From positions 1-36,940 of the IMG/VR virus record IMGVR_UViG_3300025658_000004: a stretch of DNA of 36,940 nt; one strand, written 5' to 3'. The position numbers and the translations under genes are program-made. Under the pieces are notes generated by a model. It was not told where the DNA came from and ran no database searches. It saw nothing but the letters and a program-made list of their open reading frames with translations. The stretch is from a virus (Duplodnaviria; Caudoviricetes). Numbering within the stretch: position 1 is the stretch's first letter; the number at the start of each line of letters is the position of its first letter. This document shows positions 18,119 through 27,574 of this stretch, one piece after another.

Positions 18119-19071
18119 GCTCAGTATCAATGTTAGCATTCCCGGCTCCTGTAAGTAAACTATATTATCATTGGAATAAAGGTATAGAACTTTGTGGAGA
18201 TAAACTTATACATCTAGATACACATCCAGTTGATTTAAAAAACATTCCGAAGGTTGATTGTTTTTACCAAACTAACATGTTAAAGCCAAAGCATACTACT
18301 AGCAGACGAGCACCAGTACAAGGTAACCTATACCAATATATCTTAGATAGTAAAAAACCATTTATTGTCTCAGAAAGCAATCCATTTAGAAAATATAATG
18401 GCTGGACGAGATTTGGTTGGTGGAGTTATAAATGGACAGATGCAAATTGTAATAATGACGATGTTGGTCCCGAACGATGGAATGTGTATGAAAAATCTAC
18501 CGGTATTACTTTTAAAGACTGGCATAGTCCTGGCGATGCTATACTTATAATGTGCCAGAAAGAAAATGACAGTTCTTTAATTAATTTATATAAAGATTAT
18601 AAAACCTTTTACGATTGGGTAATCGATGTGATTAAGACTGTTAGAAAATATTCAGATCGTCCAATAGTTGTACGGCCGCATCCTAAGAATGAAAAAAGAA
18701 GCTCAGCTGCAATACAAAATCATGTGCTTAGTAAGAATATAAAAGGAATAAGTCTGAGTAAAAATAAGTCGTTAGGTGGAAATCAAGGCGGCGAAGCACT
18801 AGACAAAGATTTACAAAATGCTTATTGTGTGATTACATATAACAGCTTGAGTGGAGTGGAAGCAGTTGAAGCTGGTATACCTGTATTTGCAATGGAAAAC
18901 GGAAGTATGGCTTATCCAGTAGCACATACAGATTTGAGTCAAATAGAACATTTAAATTATGATATAGATTTGCAGGAATGGAAAAATAAAATTGCATATA
19001 CTATATGGAATAAATATGAAGTCCAGAACGGATTATGCTGGGACCACTTAAAAGGAGTTTACTTTAAATGA
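18115..19071 (+). CDS. KpsS/KpsC-like glycosyltransferase, paralog 5 (close to paralog 1)
   Basis: MCQKENDSS, VVRPHP, ITYNSLSGVEAVEAGIPVF. Confidence 0.7.
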   Translation: MSSVSMLAFPAPVSKLYYHWNKGIELCGDKLIHLDTHPVDLKNIPKVDCFYQTNMLKPKHTTSRRAPVQGNLYQYILDSKKPFIVSESNPFRKYNGWTRFGWWSYKWTDANCNNDDVGPERWNVYEKSTGITFKDWHSPGDAILIMCQKENDSSLINLYKDYKTFYDWVIDVIKTVRKYSDRPIVVRPHPKNEKRSSAAIQNHVLSKNIKGISLSKNKSLGGNQGGEALDKDLQNAYCVITYNSLSGVEAVEAGIPVFAMENGSMAYPVAHTDLSQIEHLNYDIDLQEWKNKIAYTIWNKYEVQNGLCWDHLKGVYFK

Positions 19072-19559
19072 AACTAGAATTTGGAAGCGGAGAGAAACCT
19101 ACAAAAGAAGGGTTTAAAACATGCGATATTAGAGACGTACCGGGCGTAGATTTTGTATGTCCTGCATGGGATATAGACAAATTAGTTGAAGAAAATACAG
19201 TGCAAGAAATATTTTCTAGACATTTCTTTGAACATCTAACATTTAAGCAAGGTGAAAAAATGCTAGAAGTTTGGCATAAGATATTAGTACCTGGCGGTAA
19301 ATGTGAAATGATGTTGCCCAATATGACATTTCATATCGAGCAATGGAGAAGACGAAGCACTGATCGAGAAATAAAACATGCTAATGCTGGCTTTTGGGGT
19401 TGGCAAAGAGGAACATTTGATGACGTATGGGATGTTCATAAAAGCGGCTATGATAAAGAGTTACTTATGCCTATTGTAAAAAAATATAATTTTGTAAATA
19501 TTACTAGTCATGCAAAGCCAATGAACAAACATTTACACTTATCTTTTTACAAAAAATAA
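19068..19559 (+). CDS. class I SAM-dependent methyltransferase
   Basis: LEFGSG motif I, HFFEHL, LVPGG; AGGAG RBS. Confidence 0.8.
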   Translation: MKLEFGSGEKPTKEGFKTCDIRDVPGVDFVCPAWDIDKLVEENTVQEIFSRHFFEHLTFKQGEKMLEVWHKILVPGGKCEMMLPNMTFHIEQWRRRSTDREIKHANAGFWGWQRGTFDDVWDVHKSGYDKELLMPIVKKYNFVNITSHAKPMNKHLHLSFYKK

Positions 19560-20111
19560 TCCAGTATTTCTTACCCAAGCTTTATTTTTACCTTTTGTAT
19601 TAATATTCATTGTACTTGCTTTTCTAATTTTATTAGAAACTTTTAAGTCACATGTAAATCCATAACGATCGAACACATCGATCCAATATTCTTGTGTATT
19701 ACAATTAACATGATGATGACCCTTTTTACCTGGCAACGCAAAAGTAATCAAAACATGTTTTCCTTTTTGAAAATCTTTCATATAATTATCTTGGTATTCT
19801 TCGTATACATGCTCTAAGAATTCTACACTCCAAACTAAATCTACTTCTAAATTAAATGGACTAGGTCCTTTTGTATAATCATGAATAGTAATTAAAGCAG
19901 GATCTACATCTTTTTCTACTTTATAATCTCCATCAATACCATAAGCATCGATGTTATTATCATGCGCAAGTTTAACCATTCCTGCAGGTCCGCATCCGAT
20001 ATCAAGCATTGTTTTTATCTTAAATTGTTTTTTAAGATAAATTAATGCACCATGATCTAAATGTGTTTTTCCTTTATGTCCACCTAAGTGGATGGGTAAT
20101 TTATTTGCCAT
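19539..20111 (-). CDS. class I SAM-dependent methyltransferase
   Basis: MLDIGCGPAG, GIDGD, WSVEFLEHV, GHHHVN. Confidence 0.85.
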   Translation of the reverse strand: MANKLPIHLGGHKGKTHLDHGALIYLKKQFKIKTMLDIGCGPAGMVKLAHDNNIDAYGIDGDYKVEKDVDPALITIHDYTKGPSPFNLEVDLVWSVEFLEHVYEEYQDNYMKDFQKGKHVLITFALPGKKGHHHVNCNTQEYWIDVFDRYGFTCDLKVSNKIRKASTMNINTKGKNKAWVRNTGLFFVKR

Positions 20112-20922
20112 TCCAATGTTCCTCTGTTCTTTTAATTTTTAAATCACTAGCTTTTGATCTACCAGCGGCTTTGCGAGCGCCTTTCATGTGATCAATATAC
20201 GCACCTAGTTCAGTATTAATAATAGGATGTCCTTCGCCTTTAATTAATCCTTTGGCGTAGTCGTTGTTTTTAACACCAAATTTAGATTCGTGCCACTTGC
20301 GTACCACATCAAATATATAACTATCGTGCCATTCTTTTTCTTTGAATATACCGTTTTCAGCATCTTCGTACATACGTTCAAACTCATTAAAGAACGGTAA
20401 TGCATACACATGTTTAAGATTCATACTGTACCATCCGCACTCTGTATACTTACCTCCGCGTCCTGCATAAGATAAAAATACATCATTAGGTATAAAGTTT
20501 TCAAAAAACTCCAACGGCATTTTGTTATGTACAATTGTATCTGCATCCATCCATATAAGAATGTCACTACCACATGTACGTGCAGCATCTAGAACTGCAT
20601 ACACTTTATTAGCAAATCGTATTGCATCCCATTTAAATTTTTTCTTAGCATCAGGCCGTTTCATGTCAGGACCTTGACCATTTGCTCTTGGATCGTTACG
20701 CCAGCACTCTTTAAAAAAAACTAACTTAGGTAGTTTTGTATGATGGTCAACTATTGTTATTTGATTAGGATCAGGATTAATAGGATTACAATCTTCAGCA
20801 TACGCAATCATCTTAACACGTTTATCTACATATTTGTGAAAAGAATTTAAAAAGTTTTGTGCATACACATCTAGTCCTGGCTTATGAAACGTTGTTACTA
20901 CTGTTATTTCTTTCATTGACAT
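20101..20922 (-). CDS. GT-A fold nucleotide-diphospho-sugar transferase
   Basis: VVTTF, WDAIRFANKV, IWMDAD (DxD), EWHDSYIFD, HMKGARK; AGGA RBS and TAAATA (20946-20941) on the minus strand. Confidence 0.75.
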   Translation of the reverse strand: MSMKEITVVTTFHKPGLDVYAQNFLNSFHKYVDKRVKMIAYAEDCNPINPDPNQITIVDHHTKLPKLVFFKECWRNDPRANGQGPDMKRPDAKKKFKWDAIRFANKVYAVLDAARTCGSDILIWMDADTIVHNKMPLEFFENFIPNDVFLSYAGRGGKYTECGWYSMNLKHVYALPFFNEFERMYEDAENGIFKEKEWHDSYIFDVVRKWHESKFGVKNNDYAKGLIKGEGHPIINTELGAYIDHMKGARKAAGRSKASDLKIKRTEEHWNGK

Positions 20923-20949
20923 ATCCTATTAAGTGTGTTATATTTAACT

Positions 20950-21810
20950 ATGAACTTTAAATTATGGAGAGAACATGGAGCGCAGAATGCCGGTCCCGTT
21001 TTTGATGCTTTTGAGCATTCTTGTATTAATAATGGGCACACTATTAGTAGTAATACTAGCTATCACCATACCGATTGCCATGTTATTTGGAGTGTGCTTT
21101 TTCACGGTCGAATGGCTCGTAACAAAGATATTTGGGCCAATAGTGTTAGAGATAATAAAGCAATCATCGTCCTCGAAGTCGGAGGAATCAAACGAGGCAC
21201 AACCTGGAAAGTTGCAACCAACGGGATCAACCGTGATGCCTTCTTCGGTGACAAAGGCAATGACAGTAAACGAGCAAAAGCACTAGGTTTAGAGTTAAAA
21301 CCATGGCGAACAGATGGCGAATATATTTTGTTATGTGGGCAACATGATAAGAGTCTACAGTGGCACAATATGCCCAGTATGAGCAATTGGTTTTTAGATA
21401 CCTATGATGAAATACGCAAACATACTGACCGACCTATACTATTTAGGCCGCACCCTCGTTGCAGACTACCGCATATTGAACGTGGACTTAAAAACGTTAT
21501 ACGACAAGACCCTACACACCTAAGAGGTACATATGACGACTTTGATATGGCGTTTGACAACGTATGGGCTACTGTAAGCTTCAGTAGCAATCCTGGTATA
21601 CATAGTATCATAAACGGAGTTCCAGCGTTTGTAGGCACCAGCTCGTTAGCGTATGACGTCGGTAATGACATAGACTTTATGCATAATATAGAACATCCGC
21701 TTATGCCCAATAGACAGCAATGGTTAAATGATTACGCCTGGACAGAATACACAGTAGAAGAAATAGCAAATGGCTTACCTCTTGCACAACTAGAAAGTAA
21801 ATTATGTTAG
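20950..21810 (+). CDS. KpsS/KpsC-like glycosyltransferase, paralog 6
   Basis: LLCGQHDKS, ILFRPHP, VSFSSNPGIHSIINGVPAF; ATG at 20950. Confidence 0.7.
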   Translation: MNFKLWREHGAQNAGPVFDAFEHSCINNGHTISSNTSYHHTDCHVIWSVLFHGRMARNKDIWANSVRDNKAIIVLEVGGIKRGTTWKVATNGINRDAFFGDKGNDSKRAKALGLELKPWRTDGEYILLCGQHDKSLQWHNMPSMSNWFLDTYDEIRKHTDRPILFRPHPRCRLPHIERGLKNVIRQDPTHLRGTYDDFDMAFDNVWATVSFSSNPGIHSIINGVPAFVGTSSLAYDVGNDIDFMHNIEHPLMPNRQQWLNDYAWTEYTVEEIANGLPLAQLESKLC

Positions 21811-22964
21811 AATCAATTGAAGATTGTTTAGAACATCTTGTGTTTAATACAACTAAGAATGTACTGTTAGAAGATGATGTAACTATTGTAACTAGTATTG
21901 CTAGACAAGTTTCACGGGGAATGGCTCTTACTGATCGTCAATATAATTTAATGCAAGAAAAACTATCTGTGTATAGTAAAGATTTTAAGGAATTAAACTT
22001 TAGTGCAGCATTACACAATACTCGTCAGCCATTACGTGATATAGATAGATCAAAAACTATTACAATAGAAGATGATAATATTAAAGTTAGATTTCCGTTT
22101 AGTAAAAAACTTATTAGTAAAATTAATGATATAATTAGAAAAGTTGATCAACGTTCATACAGTCACGAACGATCGTCACACGAACACTTTTTTATGTTAA
22201 CTGAAAAGAACACAGTCTTACTATTAGATAAATTTATTGACAGTAGCTTTATAATAGATAAACAATTAGTAGAATTTTATAATAAAATATTAGAAATTAA
22301 AACATCTCCTTTACAGCATTTGCCAGCATATCATAACGGCATGTTGTATAATATATCTGACGAGTTAAAAGACACAATTAAAAAAGAAACAAATAACGAC
22401 ATTAGAAAAATTGTAGACAGACATAGACGATACGGTTTAGTTAATCTTGACAAACGTGATTCTACAAATAATATTTTAGATGAAATTGTTTATCGGCCGT
22501 CTAGTGAAATAATAATTACTGATGATAATCACAGTTTGCCAAATATTATTAATTCAATCGATGCACTAGATAGATTCCCGTTGCTTGTAATCGCAGGTCA
22601 AGGCAAAGAACACGAGCATGTACTCAAAACATTTTACGCACTTGACGGAATAATTAAACCAGAAGAGCAAAATGTATTCTTTAGAGATGAAGGTTCGTCA
22701 AAGCTAAATGAATTTATTATTGACAAAAAACTCAATAGAGACATTGACAAACACACAAAAGTAGTGTATATTAAAGCTAACAAGTTTCCAAAAGTATTAT
22801 TAAAAATTGATTGGAAGCCCGTTGCAGCAATAGTGTTTGATAGTACAGCACAACAATATAAAAAGTCACATCATCATTATATTACTAATATGTGTGACTT
22901 GATTATTCATCGTACTGACAATCGTTATCAGACTGCAATGTATAACAAATGGTGGAGTGTATGA
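21804..22964 (+). CDS. hypothetical protein
   Basis: 386-aa ORF overlapping both neighbours; no recognised motif. Confidence 0.7.
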   Translation: MLESIEDCLEHLVFNTTKNVLLEDDVTIVTSIARQVSRGMALTDRQYNLMQEKLSVYSKDFKELNFSAALHNTRQPLRDIDRSKTITIEDDNIKVRFPFSKKLISKINDIIRKVDQRSYSHERSSHEHFFMLTEKNTVLLLDKFIDSSFIIDKQLVEFYNKILEIKTSPLQHLPAYHNGMLYNISDELKDTIKKETNNDIRKIVDRHRRYGLVNLDKRDSTNNILDEIVYRPSSEIIITDDNHSLPNIINSIDALDRFPLLVIAGQGKEHEHVLKTFYALDGIIKPEEQNVFFRDEGSSKLNEFIIDKKLNRDIDKHTKVVYIKANKFPKVLLKIDWKPVAAIVFDSTAQQYKKSHHHYITNMCDLIIHRTDNRYQTAMYNKWWSV

Positions 22965-24424
22965 GTAGTTGTAAACTAATCATTGAAGATGAAGTAAACA
23001 TTAAGATCGAAGGTCTTGATGTAGATGTGCGTCGAAAACTAGCAAACGCTCTCAAGTTTGAAGTACCGTATGCAAAGCATATGCCACAGTATAAACTAGG
23101 ACGCTGGGATGGCAAAGTTGCTTTCTTTGGTATCGGTGGTACTGGCTATGTTAATCATCTTAACGTAGTACAGGAAGTACTTGCTAAGAACAAAGTACAG
23201 ATTGTTGACATTGAAGATCGCAGACATCCTATACAATTAGACTTTAAACCAGTAACAGAAAACTACTGGAAGGATCAAGGCGTTGTATGGCCTGAGGGTC
23301 ATCCAGCAGAAGGTGAAGATATTATTCTACGTGACTATCAAGTAGAAGCAATTAATAACTTTATTAATAATCCACAGAGCTTGCAACAGATTGCTACTGG
23401 CGCAGGTAAAACAATTACAACAGCAACGTTGTCACATATAAGCGAGCCGTATGGTAGAAGTCTTGTGATTGTTCCTAACAAGTCGTTAGTAGAACAAACA
23501 GAAGAGGACTATATTAACTGCGGCTTGGACGTAGGTGTGTACTTCGGCGATAGAAAGAACCTAGGTAAGACTCACACTATATGCACTTGGCAGAGTTTGA
23601 ATATTCTCGACAAGAAGCATAAGGATGGCTCAGCAGTGTTATCACTTGCAGAGTTCCTAGAAGGTGTTAGCACTGTTATCGTCGATGAGGTACACCAAGC
23701 GAAGGCAGAGGTTCTCAAGAACCTGCTTACACGCAACCTACGGAATGCACCCATTCGTTGGGGACTCACTGGCACAGTGCCAAGAGAGAAGTTTGAGTTT
23801 GAAAGTATTCATGCTTCGCTAGGCCCGGTCATTGGACAGATTAGTGCTAAAGAATTGCAAGACAAAGGTGTGCTTGCAGCATGCCATGTTAATGTAGTGC
23901 AGTTAATAGACACAGTAGCACATGCAGGTTATCAAGAAGAATTAAAATATCTAACAACAAATACAGAACGATTAGAGTACATAGGCAAATTATTAAACAA
24001 TGTAAAAAATTCAGGCAACACATTAATATTAGTAGACAGAATTAGTGCAGGCGAAGCACTAGCAGAACTCATCCCAGACAGTACCTTTGTTAGCGGTGCT
24101 GTTAAAAATAAAGATAGGAAAGAAACATATGACACAATTCGTGAAGGAACTAACGAAGTTATTATCGCAACCTATGGAGTTGCTGCCGTGGGTCTTAACA
24201 TTCCTCGTATCTTTAACTTGGTTCTTTTGGAGCCTGGAAAAAGTTTCGTAAGAGTAATTCAGTCAATTGGTAGAGGTGTAAGAAAGGCAAAGGATAAAGA
24301 CTTCGTGCAAATATGGGACTTGACATCTACATGCAAGTTTGCGAAGCGGCACCTTACACAGCGTAAAAAGTTTTACAAAGAGGCGCAGTACCCATTTACC
24401 ATAGAAAAGGTAGATTGGAAATAA
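22961..24424 (+). CDS. uvsW: superfamily 2 DNA helicase, UvsW-like
   Basis: RWDGK, LRDYQ, ATGAGKT, IVDEVH, GLTGT, GLNIP, QSIGRGVR; GGAG RBS before ATG 22961. Confidence 0.92.
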   Translation: MSSCKLIIEDEVNIKIEGLDVDVRRKLANALKFEVPYAKHMPQYKLGRWDGKVAFFGIGGTGYVNHLNVVQEVLAKNKVQIVDIEDRRHPIQLDFKPVTENYWKDQGVVWPEGHPAEGEDIILRDYQVEAINNFINNPQSLQQIATGAGKTITTATLSHISEPYGRSLVIVPNKSLVEQTEEDYINCGLDVGVYFGDRKNLGKTHTICTWQSLNILDKKHKDGSAVLSLAEFLEGVSTVIVDEVHQAKAEVLKNLLTRNLRNAPIRWGLTGTVPREKFEFESIHASLGPVIGQISAKELQDKGVLAACHVNVVQLIDTVAHAGYQEELKYLTTNTERLEYIGKLLNNVKNSGNTLILVDRISAGEALAELIPDSTFVSGAVKNKDRKETYDTIREGTNEVIIATYGVAAVGLNIPRIFNLVLLEPGKSFVRVIQSIGRGVRKAKDKDFVQIWDLTSTCKFAKRHLTQRKKFYKEAQYPFTIEKVDWK

Positions 24425-24425
24425 A

Positions 24426-24932
24426 ATGAGAATATTAACTTTAGAAAATAAATGCTTCAACTTAGATGACTTGCCTGATAAACTAGAAGATGATATACGC
24501 TTTAGTGTATTAGATAATAGTGATACTAAAGAGCCAGACTTCTTTTTTATGCCGCTGGTCTTTTTAGAATCGTTCAGCTCACCTGCAATGGTATTACGCA
24601 TTGGCGATAAAGAAATTACTATGCCAGTTGATTGGAGTGTAGCAGTAGGCTGCTCCGAAAGTGGTAACGACATTGAGATACTTCCGCTAACTAGTTTAAA
24701 TGATAGAGGTTTTGAAGCATTTGTTTTTAATCCTTTGACTAGTTATAAAGTTGACTTTAAGCCATTAGAGATTGTTAATTTTTACACAGATGTAAAATGG
24801 TACTTTCCTAAAATGAAAAACGGACAATTACTGTCAACTCCGTTAGCTGAAGGTGATGATCCAATGTGTGCGTTCTTTGTAAAAGATATTTCAAAACAAT
24901 GTGAGGTAATTGAATATGGAAAACTATTATGA
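24426..24932 (+). CDS. hypothetical protein
   Basis: 168-aa ORF directly after uvsW. Confidence 0.75.
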   Translation: MRILTLENKCFNLDDLPDKLEDDIRFSVLDNSDTKEPDFFFMPLVFLESFSSPAMVLRIGDKEITMPVDWSVAVGCSESGNDIEILPLTSLNDRGFEAFVFNPLTSYKVDFKPLEIVNFYTDVKWYFPKMKNGQLLSTPLAEGDDPMCAFFVKDISKQCEVIEYGKLL

Positions 24933-25528
24933 CAGAAATTTTATTTAAGGATATACCATTTGTTAGGGGACAATATATAGACACTAACTTATGTGATAAA
25001 ATTATAAAGTTTTTTGAAAAAAGCAGCGATTTACATGGTCCTGGTTTAGTTGGCGGTGGCCTAAGAGAAGAGTTTAAAAAAAGTACAGACTTTGATATCG
25101 GCCATACTCCATACGCAATGGAATATTTTCACGAGCTACAAACAGTAGTTGATATGTATATAGATGAATACCCAGAATCTAATTCATTGAGTCCATTTAT
25201 AATTATGGAAGGAACTAATATCCAACGTTATCATCCTAGTGAAGGATTTTACGGATGGCATTGCGAACGTGACGGCAGTGTTCCTCTAATACAAGATAGG
25301 CATTTAGTTTTTATGACATATTTAAATGATATCGAAGATGAAGGCGAAACAGAGTTTCTTTATCAAAAATTAAAAATAAAACCTAAAAAAGGTCTTACAA
25401 TAATATGGCCAGCTGATTGGACATTTACGCATAGAGGAATTACTTCACCGACTGAAACAAAGTATATTGTAACTGGATGGTTTAATTTTGTCTCATCGGA
25501 AATATATAATGAAAGGATGAATAACTAA
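24929..25528 (+). CDS. 2OG-Fe(II) oxygenase
   Basis: WHCE, FMTYLND, GETEF, IWPA.WT.THRG, KYIVTGW. Confidence 0.85.
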   Translation: MTEILFKDIPFVRGQYIDTNLCDKIIKFFEKSSDLHGPGLVGGGLREEFKKSTDFDIGHTPYAMEYFHELQTVVDMYIDEYPESNSLSPFIIMEGTNIQRYHPSEGFYGWHCERDGSVPLIQDRHLVFMTYLNDIEDEGETEFLYQKLKIKPKKGLTIIWPADWTFTHRGITSPTETKYIVTGWFNFVSSEIYNERMNN

Positions 25529-25893
25529 TGAAAGCAGGAAAAATTTGGGGTCAAACAGAATTGATCCACGCAAACGGCGTACTAGAGTTTCACCGTATCG
25601 AATACAAAGCAGGATTTAAATGTTCAGAACACGAACATCAATTTAAATGGAATGGCTTCTTTGTAGAGTCAGGTAAGATGCTTGTGCGTGTATGGCAAGA
25701 TGATCAAGGTTTGTTAGACGAAACTATTCTCGAAGCAGGCGACTTTACACAAGTAAAGCCCGGCAAGATTCACCAGTTCGAAGGTCTAGAAGACGGTGTC
25801 GCTTTTGAACTATACTGGGCAGAATTTAATCATGACGATATAGTGAGGCGTACCAGTGGAACCGTGGTTGAAAAAAGATCCAAAAACAAATAA
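25528..25893 (+). CDS. cupin domain protein (possible sugar isomerase/epimerase)
   Basis: KIWG.TE, CSEHEH, FFVESG, VKPGKIHQF. Confidence 0.75.
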   Translation: MKAGKIWGQTELIHANGVLEFHRIEYKAGFKCSEHEHQFKWNGFFVESGKMLVRVWQDDQGLLDETILEAGDFTQVKPGKIHQFEGLEDGVAFELYWAEFNHDDIVRRTSGTVVEKRSKNK

Positions 25894-26149
25894 ACTTATA
25901 CCTGGACAGCCTTTGATATACGAAAGAGCAAATGGTGTAGTTTATGCAAAGTATAGAGATCCGCCTTACACAGATATACCTCGTTGGGTAATTGGCGGAG
26001 ATCCAGGCGCCGTTGCTCGAGCCCAAGGTAGGTTGTTAGACTATAGCGAATGGCTAGAACTGTGCGACTTGGTAGAAGCTAATCCTACTCTTAAAAAATT
26101 AATGGATCAACTTATTACTACTTACTATATAATTAAGGATGATAAATGA
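25868..26149 (+). CDS. hypothetical protein
   Basis: Probable TTG start; ATGA overlap with kdsA. Confidence 0.6.
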   Translation: MKKDPKTNKLIPGQPLIYERANGVVYAKYRDPPYTDIPRWVIGGDPGAVARAQGRLLDYSEWLELCDLVEANPTLKKLMDQLITTYYIIKDDK

Positions 26150-26919
26150 GAATTATTGCAGGACCGTGTCAACACGAATCGTTAGCGCAATCTGCTGCTA
26201 TTGCAAAAGAATGTAAACGTGTATGTGATAAATTAGGTATTGAATACTATTTCAAAGCTAGTTATGATAAAGCAAATCGTACAAGTGCAAACGGCATTCG
26301 CGGCATGGGAATGGATGCTACACTTACAGATTTCCTTGCTATAAAAAAACAATATAATGTAAAGACACTTACTGACGTACATGATGTTATGCAGGTAAAT
26401 GCTATTGCAAATCAATATAACGAAGCAGTAGATGTACTACAGATTCCTGCATTCCTATGTAGACAGACTGATCTTATTACAGCAGCATGTGCAACAGACA
26501 AAGTTGTAAATATTAAAAAAGGCCAGTTCTTAGCGCCTTGGGATATGCAAGGTGTGCTAAGTAAGACTACAGACGCTAAAGAAGTCTGGGTAACAGAGAG
26601 AGGAACTAGTTTTGGATACAATACCCTTGTTGTTGATTATTCAGGTCTTGATTGGATGCTCCGCAATCTTGATGTGCCTGTTGTGTATGATTGTACACAC
26701 TCTGCCCAAAAACCCGGCGGGCAGGGTAGTAGCTCAGGCGGGAATCGTGATCTTGTTCCTGGGTTCGCTCGTAGCGGGGCTGCTCTCGGGATTTCAAATT
26801 TCTTCCTCGAAGTACACGAACTGCCTGATAACGCACCATCAGACGGTCCGAATATGCTTCGACTAGAAGACTTTGAGGAGGTGGTACGTGACATCGTCAG
26901 CTATTCTTATACCCGCTAG
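26146..26919 (+). CDS. kdsA: 3-deoxy-D-manno-octulosonate 8-phosphate synthase (metal-dependent type)
   Basis: IIAGPC, FKASYDKANRT, LQIPAFLCRQTDL, NIKKGQF, TERGTSFGY, DCTHS.Q, FLEVH, SDG; Cys/His/Glu/Asp metal ligands are present. Confidence 0.95.
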   Translation: MRIIAGPCQHESLAQSAAIAKECKRVCDKLGIEYYFKASYDKANRTSANGIRGMGMDATLTDFLAIKKQYNVKTLTDVHDVMQVNAIANQYNEAVDVLQIPAFLCRQTDLITAACATDKVVNIKKGQFLAPWDMQGVLSKTTDAKEVWVTERGTSFGYNTLVVDYSGLDWMLRNLDVPVVYDCTHSAQKPGGQGSSSGGNRDLVPGFARSGAALGISNFFLEVHELPDNAPSDGPNMLRLEDFEEVVRDIVSYSYTR

Positions 26920-27574
26920 ATATCACAGCACACGCTTTCCAGGTAAGCCTCTATGCATGTTAGATGGCAAGACTATGATACAACGTGTCGTTGAAGCATG
27001 TAAGCAAACAGATTATGATGTGTACGTGCTTACCGATCACAAGTTAATTGCCCAAGCAGCTCAAGCAGCAGGCGCAGACTTTTTTATCGATAGTGAACCT
27101 TATGAGAACGGCACTGAAAGAGTAGCAGGCGCAATACGTAGTCGTAAGTTTAACGAGTACGATCAGTTTGTGAACGTGCAAGGCGATATGCCTGATGTAA
27201 CACCAGAGTGTATTGATAAGTGCATGTGGCACTTAAAAAACTATCCAGTGACAACAGTGTTTACAGAGATGCCAGAAGCTATGCAAAACGATCCTAACTC
27301 AGTCAAGTTAGTAAGAGCAGGTGACCAAGCACTATGGTTTGGTAGAGGCATGACTGGCTATGGCGACTGGCACTTGGGTGTGTATGGATATAAATTAAAT
27401 CCTTTACATATGTACCATAGATTGAATGTTACAAAAGAAGAACGTGTAGAAAAATTAGAACAACTACGCTGGCTAAAAAGTGGTTGGCAAATTGGTTGTT
27501 TGAGTGTATACTTTAAAGGTATAGAGATAAACGCACCTGAGGATGTAGACGCTTGGCACAAAAATTACCAGTAA
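26888..27574 (+). CDS. kdsB: CMP-Kdo synthetase (3-deoxy-manno-octulosonate cytidylyltransferase)
   Basis: IPARYHSTRFPGKPL, NGTER, VNVQGD.P, HLGVYGY, EKLEQLRWL; GTG start with GAGGAGG RBS. Confidence 0.93.
   Translation: MTSSAILIPARYHSTRFPGKPLCMLDGKTMIQRVVEACKQTDYDVYVLTDHKLIAQAAQAAGADFFIDSEPYENGTERVAGAIRSRKFNEYDQFVNVQGDMPDVTPECIDKCMWHLKNYPVTTVFTEMPEAMQNDPNSVKLVRAGDQALWFGRGMTGYGDWHLGVYGYKLNPLHMYHRLNVTKEERVEKLEQLRWLKSGWQIGCLSVYFKGIEINAPEDVDAWHKNYQ

Noticed and set aside
11655-21810. T4-type alpha/beta DNA glucosyltransferases
   Set aside because: The motifs fit KpsS/C-like and GT-A enzymes and no hydroxymethylase is in the window. DNA as acceptor is not excluded but has no direct support.
11655-27574. 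Bacterial chromosomal capsule/LPS locus
   Set aside because: It is interleaved with uvsX, uvsY, uvsW and other T4-like core genes, carries late-type promoters, and has no export genes.
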